DNA from: Elusimicrobiota bacterium
GTDB taxonomy: Bacteria > Elusimicrobiota > Endomicrobiia > CG1-02-37-114 > JAHJSO01
Direction of reading: 5' to 3'
DNA length: 64,000 nucleotides
NCBI GenBank assembly: GCA_043826435.1
Contig: JBDRQF010000030.1
Span: 1 to 64,000 of the forward strand
Shown piece after piece: positions 27,801 through 36,450 of this stretch. Positions within the stretch are counted from its first letter, which is position 1, and every line of letters begins with the position of its first letter. The notes under the pieces were generated by a model, which was not told the DNA's origin, did not search any database, and saw nothing but the letters and a program-made list of their open reading frames with translations. Both the position numbers and the translations under genes were made by a program.

Positions 27801-28718
27801 AGGGCTTCCGCCGGTATATCCGCCGAAAAGGAATATCCTTGCGATTTCTTTTAGGTATAAAAATGCAAAATCAGTCCTGGCTGACGGCTTTATTGGTTGC
27901 GTCTGCGGGTAGTTCTGCCAGGCGCCGGATGACACGTTAAACGACCACAAATCAGAGAGCAATCCTGAGTTACCCTGTCCCGCATAAACGACGGCGCAAC
28001 TGCTCGGGTTCACCCAGCACATCCCGTGGCCGTAGCGGACCGGAGGGGAACTCTCAACCAGGACAAAAGACCATAAGTCCGCCGCAACGTCATAATACCA
28101 CAGGTCATTGAATATGGACGACCCGTTCGTCCCGCCGAACAGATAAACCCTGCGGTACTCAGGGAGATATTCCATGGAAAAATACGCCCTGGAAGAAGGG
28201 GTGACACCATAGTATTTTTGGGCATATGTGTTCTTGTGCTGGTCGTAAAACCATGCGTCGTTGTGGTATGTCCCGGCTGAATCCAGCCCCCCGAAAAGCA
28301 AAAAGATGCCTGTGCTTATGTTGACAACCTTGTGGCCGTATCTGGCTGACGGCCGCGGCGACGGCGCCCTCTGCAGCCAGGTATTGTCCTTTGAATTATA
28401 CAGCCACAGGTCTATGAGATGGTCGGTCCCGGTGTTTCCGCCATGCACGAGACAACTTGAAAGGGCTACATCCCATGACACGGCAGCGGAGTGCCTCGCT
28501 TGTGGCGAGCCCCCGGCAGGTGTTATTTCCTGCCAGTTCCGGGTGAGATTGAGCCGGCCGTCAATGCTGCTGCCCGTTATTTCAATCCCGTCCCTTGAGA
28601 AACCGGAGAAATCAGCATCAGTCGTATATGTCCGGGTGCTCCAGCCAAAAACGTTTCCTGAAAAACACAACGGACACAGCAGCACAATAAATATTGTATT
28701 CAATAAGATTTTTTTCAT
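24870..28718 (-). CDS. Large secreted Kelch beta-propeller/FnIII-Ig protein with C-terminal FlgD-Ig/T9SS-CTD-like domain
   Basis: Signal peptide; about six PSAR..H...LFGG...DLW.Y Kelch repeats; Ig-like repeats; FPNPF...IYTL.G.LVR...WDGKN..G..VANGMY. Confidence 0.8.
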   Translation of the reverse strand: MKKILLNTIFIVLLCPLCFSGNVFGWSTRTYTTDADFSGFSRDGIEITGSSIDGRLNLTRNWQEITPAGGSPQARHSAAVSWDVALSSCLVHGGNTGTDHLIDLWLYNSKDNTWLQRAPSPRPSARYGHKVVNISTGIFLLFGGLDSAGTYHNDAWFYDQHKNTYAQKYYGVTPSSRAYFSMEYLPEYRRVYLFGGTNGSSIFNDLWYYDVAADLWSFVLVESSPPVRYGHGMCWVNPSSCAVVYAGQGNSGLLSDLWSFNVSSGAWQNYPQTQPIKPSARTDFAFLYLKEIARIFLFGGYTGGSPSMSNETWLYNFNTNQWSATSLPNPPPARNKQGSFVDTAGIAHVYGGTDGTALSDFWKFLIRSSGTFIVTITTPSPTSVVWLKFSCPSASEPSSTTIKFRSAHSDNGVDWDQYRGWDGGTSSYYNGAGPHSFWIGHTDKKYIRLKGWFNTDIPPESPEIYELYVTFNNRPQAPSLVSPSANSSINKPSPEFVWNKSADADGDSPLTYRLQVSSYTSFVSLVIDQNYIQEISSPTVSFTPSQTLDERQWYWRVHANDTFPSTGPWSATYTFFVDTHPPAAVTSITASPGDSNGQIHLKWLCPGDDGISGDITNGGYIVRYSSASAILTETGWDNAAGESIYPIISIAPGTLVDTSVAGLQDATTYFFAIKVRDDAGNVSGVSTVSPYAFTNAEPIVTLNSPTSGKTWVKENSIEWSCTDPNPGDSVNFTIKLSSDSGDTYSITIITGIPNGTTYYIWNTRTASNGSNYRLKVIATDTKGLSGEGFSSGDWTIDNINEPPLITVTHPDGGEMTSGNVSISWLIADVNGIDTHDIFVYISSDSGIGWTLIAQTQTPATYYIWNSASYPNGPHYRAKVLAVENNTTEKYTSSDTSNGDFKLDNSNKPPNTFNLVQPSNGAEVCVLRVDCSWENNGDPNPEDAIKWTLYYSTNPNFQPPTVVDGLTQNKHSIAFPGILENMKYYWKVRAKDPLGKETFSDKTWSWTTLSRDRAASADGRVYGEIISGLPENGFLFIEKINPQEHPVIASAELNASGDRLIKLTDYDIYNIEIKDINFEKISAPGVSARVHFSYTDDNNDGYMDGTVIPVENLKIASLDEQASGGQSHGIQSPDGQSPSWKFFDTSQSFDKNKRRVSATANNFSFFTLLAANRPNGLLSNINIFPNPFAAGKEDARIRYVLTENAEITVRIYTLIGDLVREWNFPAGTSGRSTGLPDGYTNEIRWDGKNGDGRTVANGMYLVVFNAKSTSTGQSEKKYVGVVK

Positions 28719-28829
28719 GAAGGATTTTGAGTTTTAGTTCAAATTTTCCTTAGTATTATTATAACACACGAATGGTAATTTTTCAAGGTTTTTTAAAATA
28801 GGGGACGGTTTCTTGACATCCCGCTTTCT

Positions 28830-28858
28830 TGACATTCCGCTAAAAATTTGCTATTTTT
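28830..28858 (+). promoter_or_regulatory. Putative tRNA-Thr promoter with a tandemly duplicated -35 segment
   Basis: tttcttgacatcccgc tttcttgacattccgc; second TTGACA-17 bp-TATTTT. Confidence 0.45.
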
Positions 28859-28929
28859 AATATAGTTATTAGACAGCATGGTGCAGATGATACTCGCTGA
28901 ATAACATGCGGGCGTGAAATTCTGAATAT

Positions 28930-29001
28930 GCCGGTGTAGCTCAGTGGTAGAGCAGTCGCCTTGTAAGCGTCAGGTCGGAGGTTCGACTCCTCTCGCCGGC
29001 T
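28930..29001 (+). tRNA. tRNA-Thr (TGT)
   Basis: GCCGGTG/CGCCGGC acceptor stem; TAGCTCAGTGGTAGAGC D-arm; CTTGTAA anticodon loop; GGTTCGACTCC. Confidence 0.93.
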
Positions 29002-29020
29002 TTGTCCGAAAATAAATTAA

Positions 29021-29380
29021 ATGCCTAAGAGAAAACTCACCCGTGTCCCTGTTATAATTCTTCTGGACTTACATCCTGCGGACACGATGATTAACAAGGG
29101 CAGGGGATGCATCGTCAATCTGAGTCTGGGCGGGATGGCGGTTGAATCAGAAGCGGAGTTTGATAAAGGGGATGAGTTGTTTATCGTGGTGAATCTTCCC
29201 GGAGCAAAAAAGCCGGTTGAGTTTTACGCCGATGTGTTACATAAGGAGAAGATGGGTAACGTTAACCATTACGGCCTTAAATATGTCAAGATGAAATTTT
29301 TACAGAAGTTGAGGATGAGGCATTTCATTCACGACTGGATAAAAAAACAGCAATCATCCGCAGGGACGCCCGCCATTTGA
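29021..29380 (+). CDS. PilZ-domain protein
   Basis: RKLTR (RxxxR) and NLSLGG (D/NxSxxG) motifs. Confidence 0.85.
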   Translation: MPKRKLTRVPVIILLDLHPADTMINKGRGCIVNLSLGGMAVESEAEFDKGDELFIVVNLPGAKKPVEFYADVLHKEKMGNVNHYGLKYVKMKFLQKLRMRHFIHDWIKKQQSSAGTPAI

Positions 29381-29454
29381 ATGCCAAACTATTTGAAAGT
29401 GAACAGCCAGAACGTTTAACCTGACCATTTAGACGGCTTAACTATTTAGACGCC

Positions 29455-29970
29455 CTATTTGTGCCCGGTTTTACCCGCCAACAATTCCAGAGCATGGGGT
29501 ATTATGGGCAGGAGCACTTCAAGCGATTCAGTAACCGCTTTTTCGCTCCCCGGCAGATTAATTATTAACGTCTTACCCCTGATGCCGCACACCGCCCTTG
29601 AGAGAACGGCGAACGGCGTTTTCTTATAACCCTCAAGTCGTAACATTTCGGATATACCCGGAATTTCAAAGTGCAGGACCGGCCTTGTCGCCTCGGGCGT
29701 ATTATCCCTTGCAGCGATTCCCGTGCCGCCTGTTGTAATAATCAGGCACAGGTTTTCTTCGTCGCACCATTCCTGCAGTTTTTTGGAAATAAGGACTTTC
29801 TCGTCAGGCAGGATTTCGTATTTAACTATTTCAGCGTGCAAATCCTTACGAAGGATTTTTTTTATGACCTGGCCCGCCGTGTCTTTTCTTTTTCCCTGGG
29901 AACCCTTGTCGCTGCAGGTTAAAATACCTGCCCTGATTTTTACGGATTTTTTTTTGCGCGGGGTAGTCAT
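29455..29970 (-). CDS. MogA/MoaB molybdopterin adenylyltransferase
   Basis: LTCSD, TTGGTG..RDNTPEAT and NLPGS motifs. Confidence 0.93.
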   Translation of the reverse strand: MTTPRKKKSVKIRAGILTCSDKGSQGKRKDTAGQVIKKILRKDLHAEIVKYEILPDEKVLISKKLQEWCDEENLCLIITTGGTGIAARDNTPEATRPVLHFEIPGISEMLRLEGYKKTPFAVLSRAVCGIRGKTLIINLPGSEKAVTESLEVLLPIIPHALELLAGKTGHK

Positions 29971-30548
29971 TTTGTTTGCGACTCTCCTTTAATGCTACGG
30001 ATGATGTCTCCGGTTTTAATAAGCCCGCCCTGGATTACCCTTGCGAACACGCCTTCTTTCGGCATAACGCAATCACCGACCATCTTTTTTATGTTACAAG
30101 CGGCGTGGCAGGGTTTGCCGATGCAGGTGATTTCAATGACTGCCGACAACTGTCCCGTAGCGGGGTTGATTATCCGGAGTGTGTCCCCGACCGCTGTCTT
30201 TTTAAAATCAAACCCGGACGTCGTGATATTTTCGGCAAAATCACCCGGACGAATCACAGGAGATGCGATAGTTACAGAGTTGTCCCCTGTTCGGGTGTCC
30301 GGTGGAGCGGGGGTTTCCGCCCCTGCTCCCGGTTTAACTGCGGTGGTCGGGGATTTTTTTGATGCCCTGCGTTTCTCCAGCCACTTTTCAACGCTACCCC
30401 AGTCCAGTAAACTTACCTGACGGTCGCTACCGGCGTGGGCATCGCCGGCTATCCCGGAATTTTCTTTTAGGATTGCTTTGCCGACGGCTGTTTTCGCCGT
30501 TCCCTTTTTGGCGCTGACGTTTAGTGAAATAATTTTGCCTTCAATCAT
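29967..30548 (-). CDS. MOSC-domain protein
   Basis: GDAHAG..RQVSLL, PGDFAENITT and GKPCH..C...GDCVMPKEG motifs. Confidence 0.88.
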   Translation of the reverse strand: MIEGKIISLNVSAKKGTAKTAVGKAILKENSGIAGDAHAGSDRQVSLLDWGSVEKWLEKRRASKKSPTTAVKPGAGAETPAPPDTRTGDNSVTIASPVIRPGDFAENITTSGFDFKKTAVGDTLRIINPATGQLSAVIEITCIGKPCHAACNIKKMVGDCVMPKEGVFARVIQGGLIKTGDIIRSIKGESQTK

Positions 30549-30555
30549 CCTGACG

Positions 30556-30644
30556 ATATTATATCTTAAAATTGATAAGGATGTCAATGAAAAATCCCAA
30601 TTCTTCCCTGTCACTTTGACGGATGTCCAAAAATTTGATATAAT
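30556..30644. promoter_or_regulatory. Divergent sigma70 promoter pair (MOSC gene / waaA)
   Basis: Minus strand TTGACA-18-TATAAT (30587-30558); plus strand TTGACG-17-TATAAT with TGn extension (30616-30644). Confidence 0.8.
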
Positions 30645-30651
30645 TTATACA

Positions 30652-31932
30652 ATGTATCTACTGTATAACCTGCTGGTTCTGGGTATCATTGCGGCGTCTT
30701 TGCCGTACGTCCTGTACAGGGTCACCCGCAGAGCGACGAGACAACAATGGCTTGAGCGGTTGGGGTTTGTTTCGCCGGAGGGTGCCGGGAGTCCGGGATG
30801 CCCGGCTGGTGGGCATGCCAAAAAATCCATCTGGGTCCACGCAGCTTCCGTCGGAGAGATAAAACTGGCAGTGTTGTTTATCAGGCGGCTCGTCGGCACG
30901 CTCGGGGATAAAATATCGGATTTTAATATACTGATGTCGACCGTCACGCCCGACGGCTACAATGTTGCAAAGTCGTCCGCTGCGGCGGAAGGACTTCCGG
31001 TTAAAAAGATATTTTTTCTTCCCGTTGATTTTTACCCCTTTATGAGACGGGCGGTTAAAAGAATCAGGCCCGGCATCCTTGTGCTGGTTGAGACGGAACT
31101 CTGGCCTAACCTTATACTGTGTGCGGACAGGGCAGGCGCAAGGGTTGTTTTAATAAACGGGAGGATTTCAGACGGCAGTTTCAGGGCATTCCGGTCTTTC
31201 AGGAATTTTTTGAAAAATATTCTAAGCGGGGTGGATTTGTTTTTGATGAGGGAGGCGTCCGACGTTGATAAACTTATATACCTGGGCGTAGAGCCCTCAC
31301 GCGTAGTGCCGGCGGGCAACATGAAATATGACCTCACTTTTCAAAAAAAGGACGTTTCAGTCCCGAAGAAGTATTTCGGTTTTTCCGAGGATGACAGGAT
31401 CTTTGTTGCAGGGAGCATAAGGGAAGGCGAGGAAAAATTTCTGGTTGACGCCTTTACCGGATTAAAGAAGAAGTTCAGCGGTTTGAAATTCATCATAGCC
31501 CCGAGGCACCTGAACAGGGCCGGTTTTATTAAGAAATTGATTGACTCGGCGAAAATACTGCCGGGAGAATATTTTATCATTAACGCCTTCGGTGAATTGA
31601 TAAAGGCGTATTCCGTGGCGGACGTTGTTTTTGTCGGCGGAAGTTTGGTCCCCGCAGGAGGTCAGAACGTCCTTGAGCCGGCGTTACTTGAAAAGCCGGT
31701 GATTTTCGGCACGCACATGGGGAACTTCAGGGAACCCGCCGGAATCCTTAAAAGGTCAGGGGGCGGCATTGAAGTCCGGGACACCGCTGAACTGGTTGAG
31801 AAGGCGGGGCATTTGCTCTCCGACCCCGGTTTTGCGAAGCAGTGCGGCATAAACGCCGGAGTTGCGGCGGCGGCATTGTCGGGCGTTACGGACAGGAATA
31901 TAGAGAGTATAAAGAAATTCTTGTATGAATAA
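30652..31932 (+). CDS. waaA: 3-deoxy-D-manno-octulosonic acid (Kdo) transferase
   Basis: WVHAASVGE, ETELWPN, GNMKYD and GGQNVLEPA motifs. Confidence 0.95.
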   Translation: MYLLYNLLVLGIIAASLPYVLYRVTRRATRQQWLERLGFVSPEGAGSPGCPAGGHAKKSIWVHAASVGEIKLAVLFIRRLVGTLGDKISDFNILMSTVTPDGYNVAKSSAAAEGLPVKKIFFLPVDFYPFMRRAVKRIRPGILVLVETELWPNLILCADRAGARVVLINGRISDGSFRAFRSFRNFLKNILSGVDLFLMREASDVDKLIYLGVEPSRVVPAGNMKYDLTFQKKDVSVPKKYFGFSEDDRIFVAGSIREGEEKFLVDAFTGLKKKFSGLKFIIAPRHLNRAGFIKKLIDSAKILPGEYFIINAFGELIKAYSVADVVFVGGSLVPAGGQNVLEPALLEKPVIFGTHMGNFREPAGILKRSGGGIEVRDTAELVEKAGHLLSDPGFAKQCGINAGVAAAALSGVTDRNIESIKKFLYE

Positions 31933-32944
31933 AATACTGATTATCAAACCGTCGGGGATAGGGGACATTGTCCATTCCCTGCCCGTCCTCTACGGCCTGA
32001 AAGTTTTATTCCCGGAGTCAAAAATACACTGGCTTGTTTTCGGCAAGTTTGAAAAGATACTCTCCAACATACCGGAGATAGACAAGATAATCCCGTGGGA
32101 CAGGTCTGGCGGGGTGAGAGAATATACAAGAATAATCACCGCCGTCCGCAAAGAAAGATACGACCTGGTGGTTGATTTGCAGGGGCTCCTCAGGACGGCG
32201 ATAATAAGTTTCCTTTCCGGCGGCGCCCGGAGGGTAGCGGTGAGTTTACTGAGAGAACTCTCATGGTTGTTTGAAAAGCCGGTAGGAAAATTTGACCCGG
32301 ACATGCACGCGGTTGACAGGGGTTACGCGGTAGTGAGGCATCTCGCGGGAGGCAAAGCGTTGCCGGAGCCGGCGTCGTTCATCCCGTGGATACGGCTTAC
32401 CTCGGAAGAAAAGGCGTCCGCAAAAAAACTACTGAACGAGCCGGGCGTTAAAATTGACAGGCCACTCGTCCTGTTCGGAGTAACAAGCAGGGGTGCGCAC
32501 AAGGTCTGGCCGTCATCCAATTTCATAGAACTGATAAACGAAACCGTTAAAAAATACGACGTTATCCCCGTGTTCCTGGCTATGAAGGAAGAAGCCGGGA
32601 TGGTAAAAAGGGTTACGGGCGGGTTGGACTGCGGCTTCATTGACCTCACTGGCAAAACCGACCTACGCCAGGCGTGCGCTGTCCTTTCATTCTGCTCGCT
32701 GGTCGTGGGGAACGACAGTTCACTCATACATATTGCATGTGCACTTGATGTCCCTGTCGTCGGACTATACGGCCCAACCAACCCGCTGCAGGTGGGCCCG
32801 TACGGTGAAAAAAGCGCCGTGGTTTTCAAAAAACTCAAGTGTAACCCGTGCGGCATAAAAACGAGTTGTACCGATTATAAATGTATGAAGGAGATTACAC
32901 CTGAAGATGTCAATAATTATATTTCTGCCAAACTACATAGGTGA
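31925..32944 (+). CDS. GT9 LPS heptosyltransferase (WaaC/WaaF-like)
   Basis: KPSGIGDIVH, DLQGL, GNDS..HIA and LYGPT motifs. Confidence 0.9.
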   Translation: MNKILIIKPSGIGDIVHSLPVLYGLKVLFPESKIHWLVFGKFEKILSNIPEIDKIIPWDRSGGVREYTRIITAVRKERYDLVVDLQGLLRTAIISFLSGGARRVAVSLLRELSWLFEKPVGKFDPDMHAVDRGYAVVRHLAGGKALPEPASFIPWIRLTSEEKASAKKLLNEPGVKIDRPLVLFGVTSRGAHKVWPSSNFIELINETVKKYDVIPVFLAMKEEAGMVKRVTGGLDCGFIDLTGKTDLRQACAVLSFCSLVVGNDSSLIHIACALDVPVVGLYGPTNPLQVGPYGEKSAVVFKKLKCNPCGIKTSCTDYKCMKEITPEDVNNYISAKLHR

Positions 32945-34025
32945 TGTTTTAATGTCAACCCCGGCTCTCCGTTTTATAAAAAGGCGCCTGCCGGATGAGA
33001 GGATATACGCAGTGACTTCAAAACAGGGGGCTGAGGTTTTATCCCGTAACCCTGCAGTATCGGAAATAATTGAGCGGCCGGCAAGCCCTTCCGTTCCGGA
33101 ACGGTTCAACCTGATGAAGAGGATAAATTCAATAAAGCCCGGGACAGCCATCCTCTTGCGGACGACCCTCTTCAATGCATTCCTTGCAATGGTTTCAGGG
33201 GCGAAGGCAAGGACCGGCGTGGATACCGAGATGGCCGGAATCTTTTTGAACAGGACAATCCCGAAGGACGCCCGCAGGAACGCGAGGGAAGAATACCTTA
33301 TGATTGCGAAATTAGGGGTTGATGAAAAGGCACGCGGGGGGTGTTGCCCGTCGTCGGAAGAGTCCGCGGAAGAATCGTTGCGCCCGGAGATATTTCTGTC
33401 TGCGGAAGACGAGGCATTTGCAGATTCTCTCCTCAAAAAACACAGCATCGGTAGCGACGACAGGGTTGTAATAATAAATCCCGGGACGACCCGTCCCGCG
33501 AAACAATGGGCGCCCGGACGCTACGCTGAAATAATTAATGCGCTCACCGGAAAAAATTATTACGTTTTGATTACCGGCGCGGAGACGGACAGGCAACTTG
33601 TCCGGGGCATCGTCGGGGCGTGCAGCGGGGGAACTTCAAGGGTAATCCGCCTTGCAGGTGAAACGTCAATAAAACAGGCGGCCGCATTGCTTAAGCGGGC
33701 GTCGTTTTTTATATCACCCGACACCGCTATTTTACACCTGGGTCAGGCGGTCGGGACAAAGGGCATAGCCCTGTTCGGTTCCACCGACCCCGGGAAGTAC
33801 GGGCCATTTGACAAAAAGAACATTCGCATAATTTATAAGAAACTGGACTGTAGCCCGTGTTACAAAAAATTCTGTCCGAAAGCCGCTGGGGCGGCAGCCG
33901 CACTAACACATGGTGCAATATTTGACAAGGGGCTGTGCGAATGGACCTATGAGGTTGCACCCTGCATGGACGGCATAACCGCAGAAGACGTATTGAAAAA
34001 AATTGAAACGTTCGTCGCAGGTTAG
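32907..34025 (+). CDS. GT9 LPS heptosyltransferase (WaaF/WaaQ-like)
   Basis: PNYIGDVLM, SPDTAILH and LFGST motifs. Confidence 0.88.
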   Translation: MSIIIFLPNYIGDVLMSTPALRFIKRRLPDERIYAVTSKQGAEVLSRNPAVSEIIERPASPSVPERFNLMKRINSIKPGTAILLRTTLFNAFLAMVSGAKARTGVDTEMAGIFLNRTIPKDARRNAREEYLMIAKLGVDEKARGGCCPSSEESAEESLRPEIFLSAEDEAFADSLLKKHSIGSDDRVVIINPGTTRPAKQWAPGRYAEIINALTGKNYYVLITGAETDRQLVRGIVGACSGGTSRVIRLAGETSIKQAAALLKRASFFISPDTAILHLGQAVGTKGIALFGSTDPGKYGPFDKKNIRIIYKKLDCSPCYKKFCPKAAGAAAALTHGAIFDKGLCEWTYEVAPCMDGITAEDVLKKIETFVAG

Positions 34026-34059
34026 TCGCGCTGGACGGTAACCAGCATGGAACATCGGA

Positions 34060-35244
34060 ATGATTAAACTTTCAGGAATTTCACAGTGGGTTTTAAGGGC
34101 GGGGCTTGTGATTTATGCCCTTTCCGCCGTCACAAGTATTTCCGGTATCTCGGCGGGAGTGGTGCTCGCTCTCCTCGGAGGGCTTGTATTTTTTGCCCTG
34201 GATTTATACGGCGAAAAGCAAACATACGGCGAAATAATTTCACTTTCCGCCGAAAAGAAACGCGTGCTGGTTTTGCTGGCCGGTTTTATTCTGGTCTGCA
34301 TCGCATCGCCGTTATTTTCATACAGTCCCCGTTCTACCGTCAGGAGATTGTTTAACCTCCTCGGAGAAATATCCCTGTTCCCGCTGGTATTCATCATCCT
34401 GAAAGACAGGGACAGGGCATTCACAAAGAAACTTCTGGACGTCCTGCTCGTCATGGCAGTTATCCAGGCGGTTTACGGAATAATCCAGTATTTTACCGGT
34501 TTAAACGTTACATCTTCTCCCGACGTTGAAAGATTCGGCAGGATAAAAGGCACGCTCGGCCACTGGAACGCAGTCGGCGGGGTGATTGCAATGCTTACGC
34601 CCCTCGCAGCCGTCAGGATATTTAACGGGAAGGGGCGGGAAAGGATATTTTTTATCGTAGGAACTGCGGCGATGCTGGCTGCCGTTTTCTTTACTTTCAC
34701 AAGGGGTGCGTGGATGGGCATAGCGGCCGCATTTATGGTGATGGGCATTATAAAGGGGAAAAGATTTTTTATACTGATGTTTGTTTTTTTGGCGCTTGTT
34801 TTTCTTCTGCCGCTGACGCGCGCAAGGATTGCACAGACAATCAGAAACCCCGACCCCCTGCGGATACTCTTCTGGCAGAGCACCCTTGACATGATTTCAA
34901 AACGTCCGCTGACGGGATGGGGACTGGATTCATTCCAGAAGTTGTTTTATGAAAGGTATGCGAAGCAGGACGACGGGCTGGCTCACTTCCACTGCCACAA
35001 TACCTACCTGGGCATAACGCAGGAAACGGGCCTGCCCGGGCTGGTTTTATTTCTTGTGATGAACATCCTGTTTTTCAGGCGGATAATAAAAAAGGTTAAG
35101 ACGGGGGACGGGTTTGAGGCCTCCCTGGCGCTTGCCCTTGCCGGTTCGTTCACCGCTTTCCTGGTGCATGGACTTGTTGATTTTTCATTCAGGGGCGAGA
35201 CCGCATATCTTTTCTGGTTCCTGGCGGGTATTTTATTCAGATAA
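34060..35244 (+). CDS. O-antigen ligase family protein
   Basis: Many TM segments; TRGAW, PLTGWG and HCHNTYL motifs. Confidence 0.85.
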   Translation: MIKLSGISQWVLRAGLVIYALSAVTSISGISAGVVLALLGGLVFFALDLYGEKQTYGEIISLSAEKKRVLVLLAGFILVCIASPLFSYSPRSTVRRLFNLLGEISLFPLVFIILKDRDRAFTKKLLDVLLVMAVIQAVYGIIQYFTGLNVTSSPDVERFGRIKGTLGHWNAVGGVIAMLTPLAAVRIFNGKGRERIFFIVGTAAMLAAVFFTFTRGAWMGIAAAFMVMGIIKGKRFFILMFVFLALVFLLPLTRARIAQTIRNPDPLRILFWQSTLDMISKRPLTGWGLDSFQKLFYERYAKQDDGLAHFHCHNTYLGITQETGLPGLVLFLVMNILFFRRIIKKVKTGDGFEASLALALAGSFTAFLVHGLVDFSFRGETAYLFWFLAGILFR

Positions 35245-35327
35245 ATGATTAATAGACCGAAGTCATACCCCGCTGTCGCGTGGGCTCCAGCGTCTGCGTC
35301 TGAAAGGCGTGGGTTGCCGAGGACGAA

Positions 35328-36422
35328 ATGAATATATGTTTTTTTGATGCAACGCCAAAGTGGTCAGGCGGGGCGAATAGAATATTGTTTCTTGTAAAAG
35401 AGTTGATGTCTCGCGGAGACAGGGTGCTTGTTGTGTGTCTGCCCGGTGGGGTCCTTTCAGAAAAAGCAAAAGAATTGGGTGCCAGGGTTTTTAACATAAA
35501 TCCGTGGTCTGATATTGGCTTCATTTCTTTTTTTAAAGTTTTATTTATCCTAAGAAAACATTCAATTGAGATTGTAGACATAAACTCACCTAAATTTTAT
35601 TGGATAGGTGTTTATGCTGCAAAGATTCTTGGGATGAAGACGATGATTACAAGAAATGTCCCGTACAGAAAGAAAAGTATTAAAAGATTATTAAACAGGT
35701 TTTTCCTCTATAGTCGATGCGATGCTGTAATATCGCTTTCTGAAAAAATTAAATCAGAACTGGTTAGTGATTATAATATTGACAATATCACTGTGATTTA
35801 TGACGGTGTATTGGGCAATCTTAAAAAATACTCTGAAAATGAAGTGGCTTCATTTAAGAACCAGATGGGTTTTCCGGAAGACACAATTTTGCTCGGTATC
35901 ATAGGCAGGCTTGAAGAAAATAAGGGGCATATTTTTGCCGTAGAGTCGTTTGCTAAACTTCAAGTATTCCACAAAAACGCTCGGCTTATGATTGTTGGCG
36001 CTGGCGATGCGGACTACACTACAAGGGTTATGAGAAAAATAAAAGAATTGGGGCTTGAAAAGGTTGTTTCCATTAAGGGTTTTGTTGAAGACATCTCAGA
36101 GATTTATGCAGTGATAGACATACTAATCCAGCCATCTATTTATGACAATATCCCGTTCAGCATAATAGAAGCGTTCAGTTACAAAAAGCCGGTAGTAGCA
36201 AGCAATGTTGGCGGGATTCCTGAAGTTGTTGAGAACGGTATAAATGGCTATTTGGTCGCTTCTGGTAATTCTGATGGTCTGGCGGACAAGATTATGACTC
36301 TGATAAATTCGGATTACAAATCGTTTGGCGAAAATGGTTTTAATACCGTTAATAAAAAGTTTTCAAAAGAAAGAATGCTTAATAATTATATAAATCTAAC
36401 AGAAAGGGTGTTAGAAAAATGA
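35328..36422 (+). CDS. GT4 glycosyltransferase
   Basis: IGRL..NKG and EA...KPVVASNVGGIPEVV motifs; AT-rich. Confidence 0.9.
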   Translation: MNICFFDATPKWSGGANRILFLVKELMSRGDRVLVVCLPGGVLSEKAKELGARVFNINPWSDIGFISFFKVLFILRKHSIEIVDINSPKFYWIGVYAAKILGMKTMITRNVPYRKKSIKRLLNRFFLYSRCDAVISLSEKIKSELVSDYNIDNITVIYDGVLGNLKKYSENEVASFKNQMGFPEDTILLGIIGRLEENKGHIFAVESFAKLQVFHKNARLMIVGAGDADYTTRVMRKIKELGLEKVVSIKGFVEDISEIYAVIDILIQPSIYDNIPFSIIEAFSYKKPVVASNVGGIPEVVENGINGYLVASGNSDGLADKIMTLINSDYKSFGENGFNTVNKKFSKERMLNNYINLTERVLEK

Positions 36423-36450
36423 AGTTAGCATTGTTTGATTTTATAAAATA

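Noticed and set aside
28955..28971. tRNA-Thr as a pseudogene because of a U-U mismatch in the anticodon stem
   Set aside because: All other arms are canonical, and single mismatches are tolerated.
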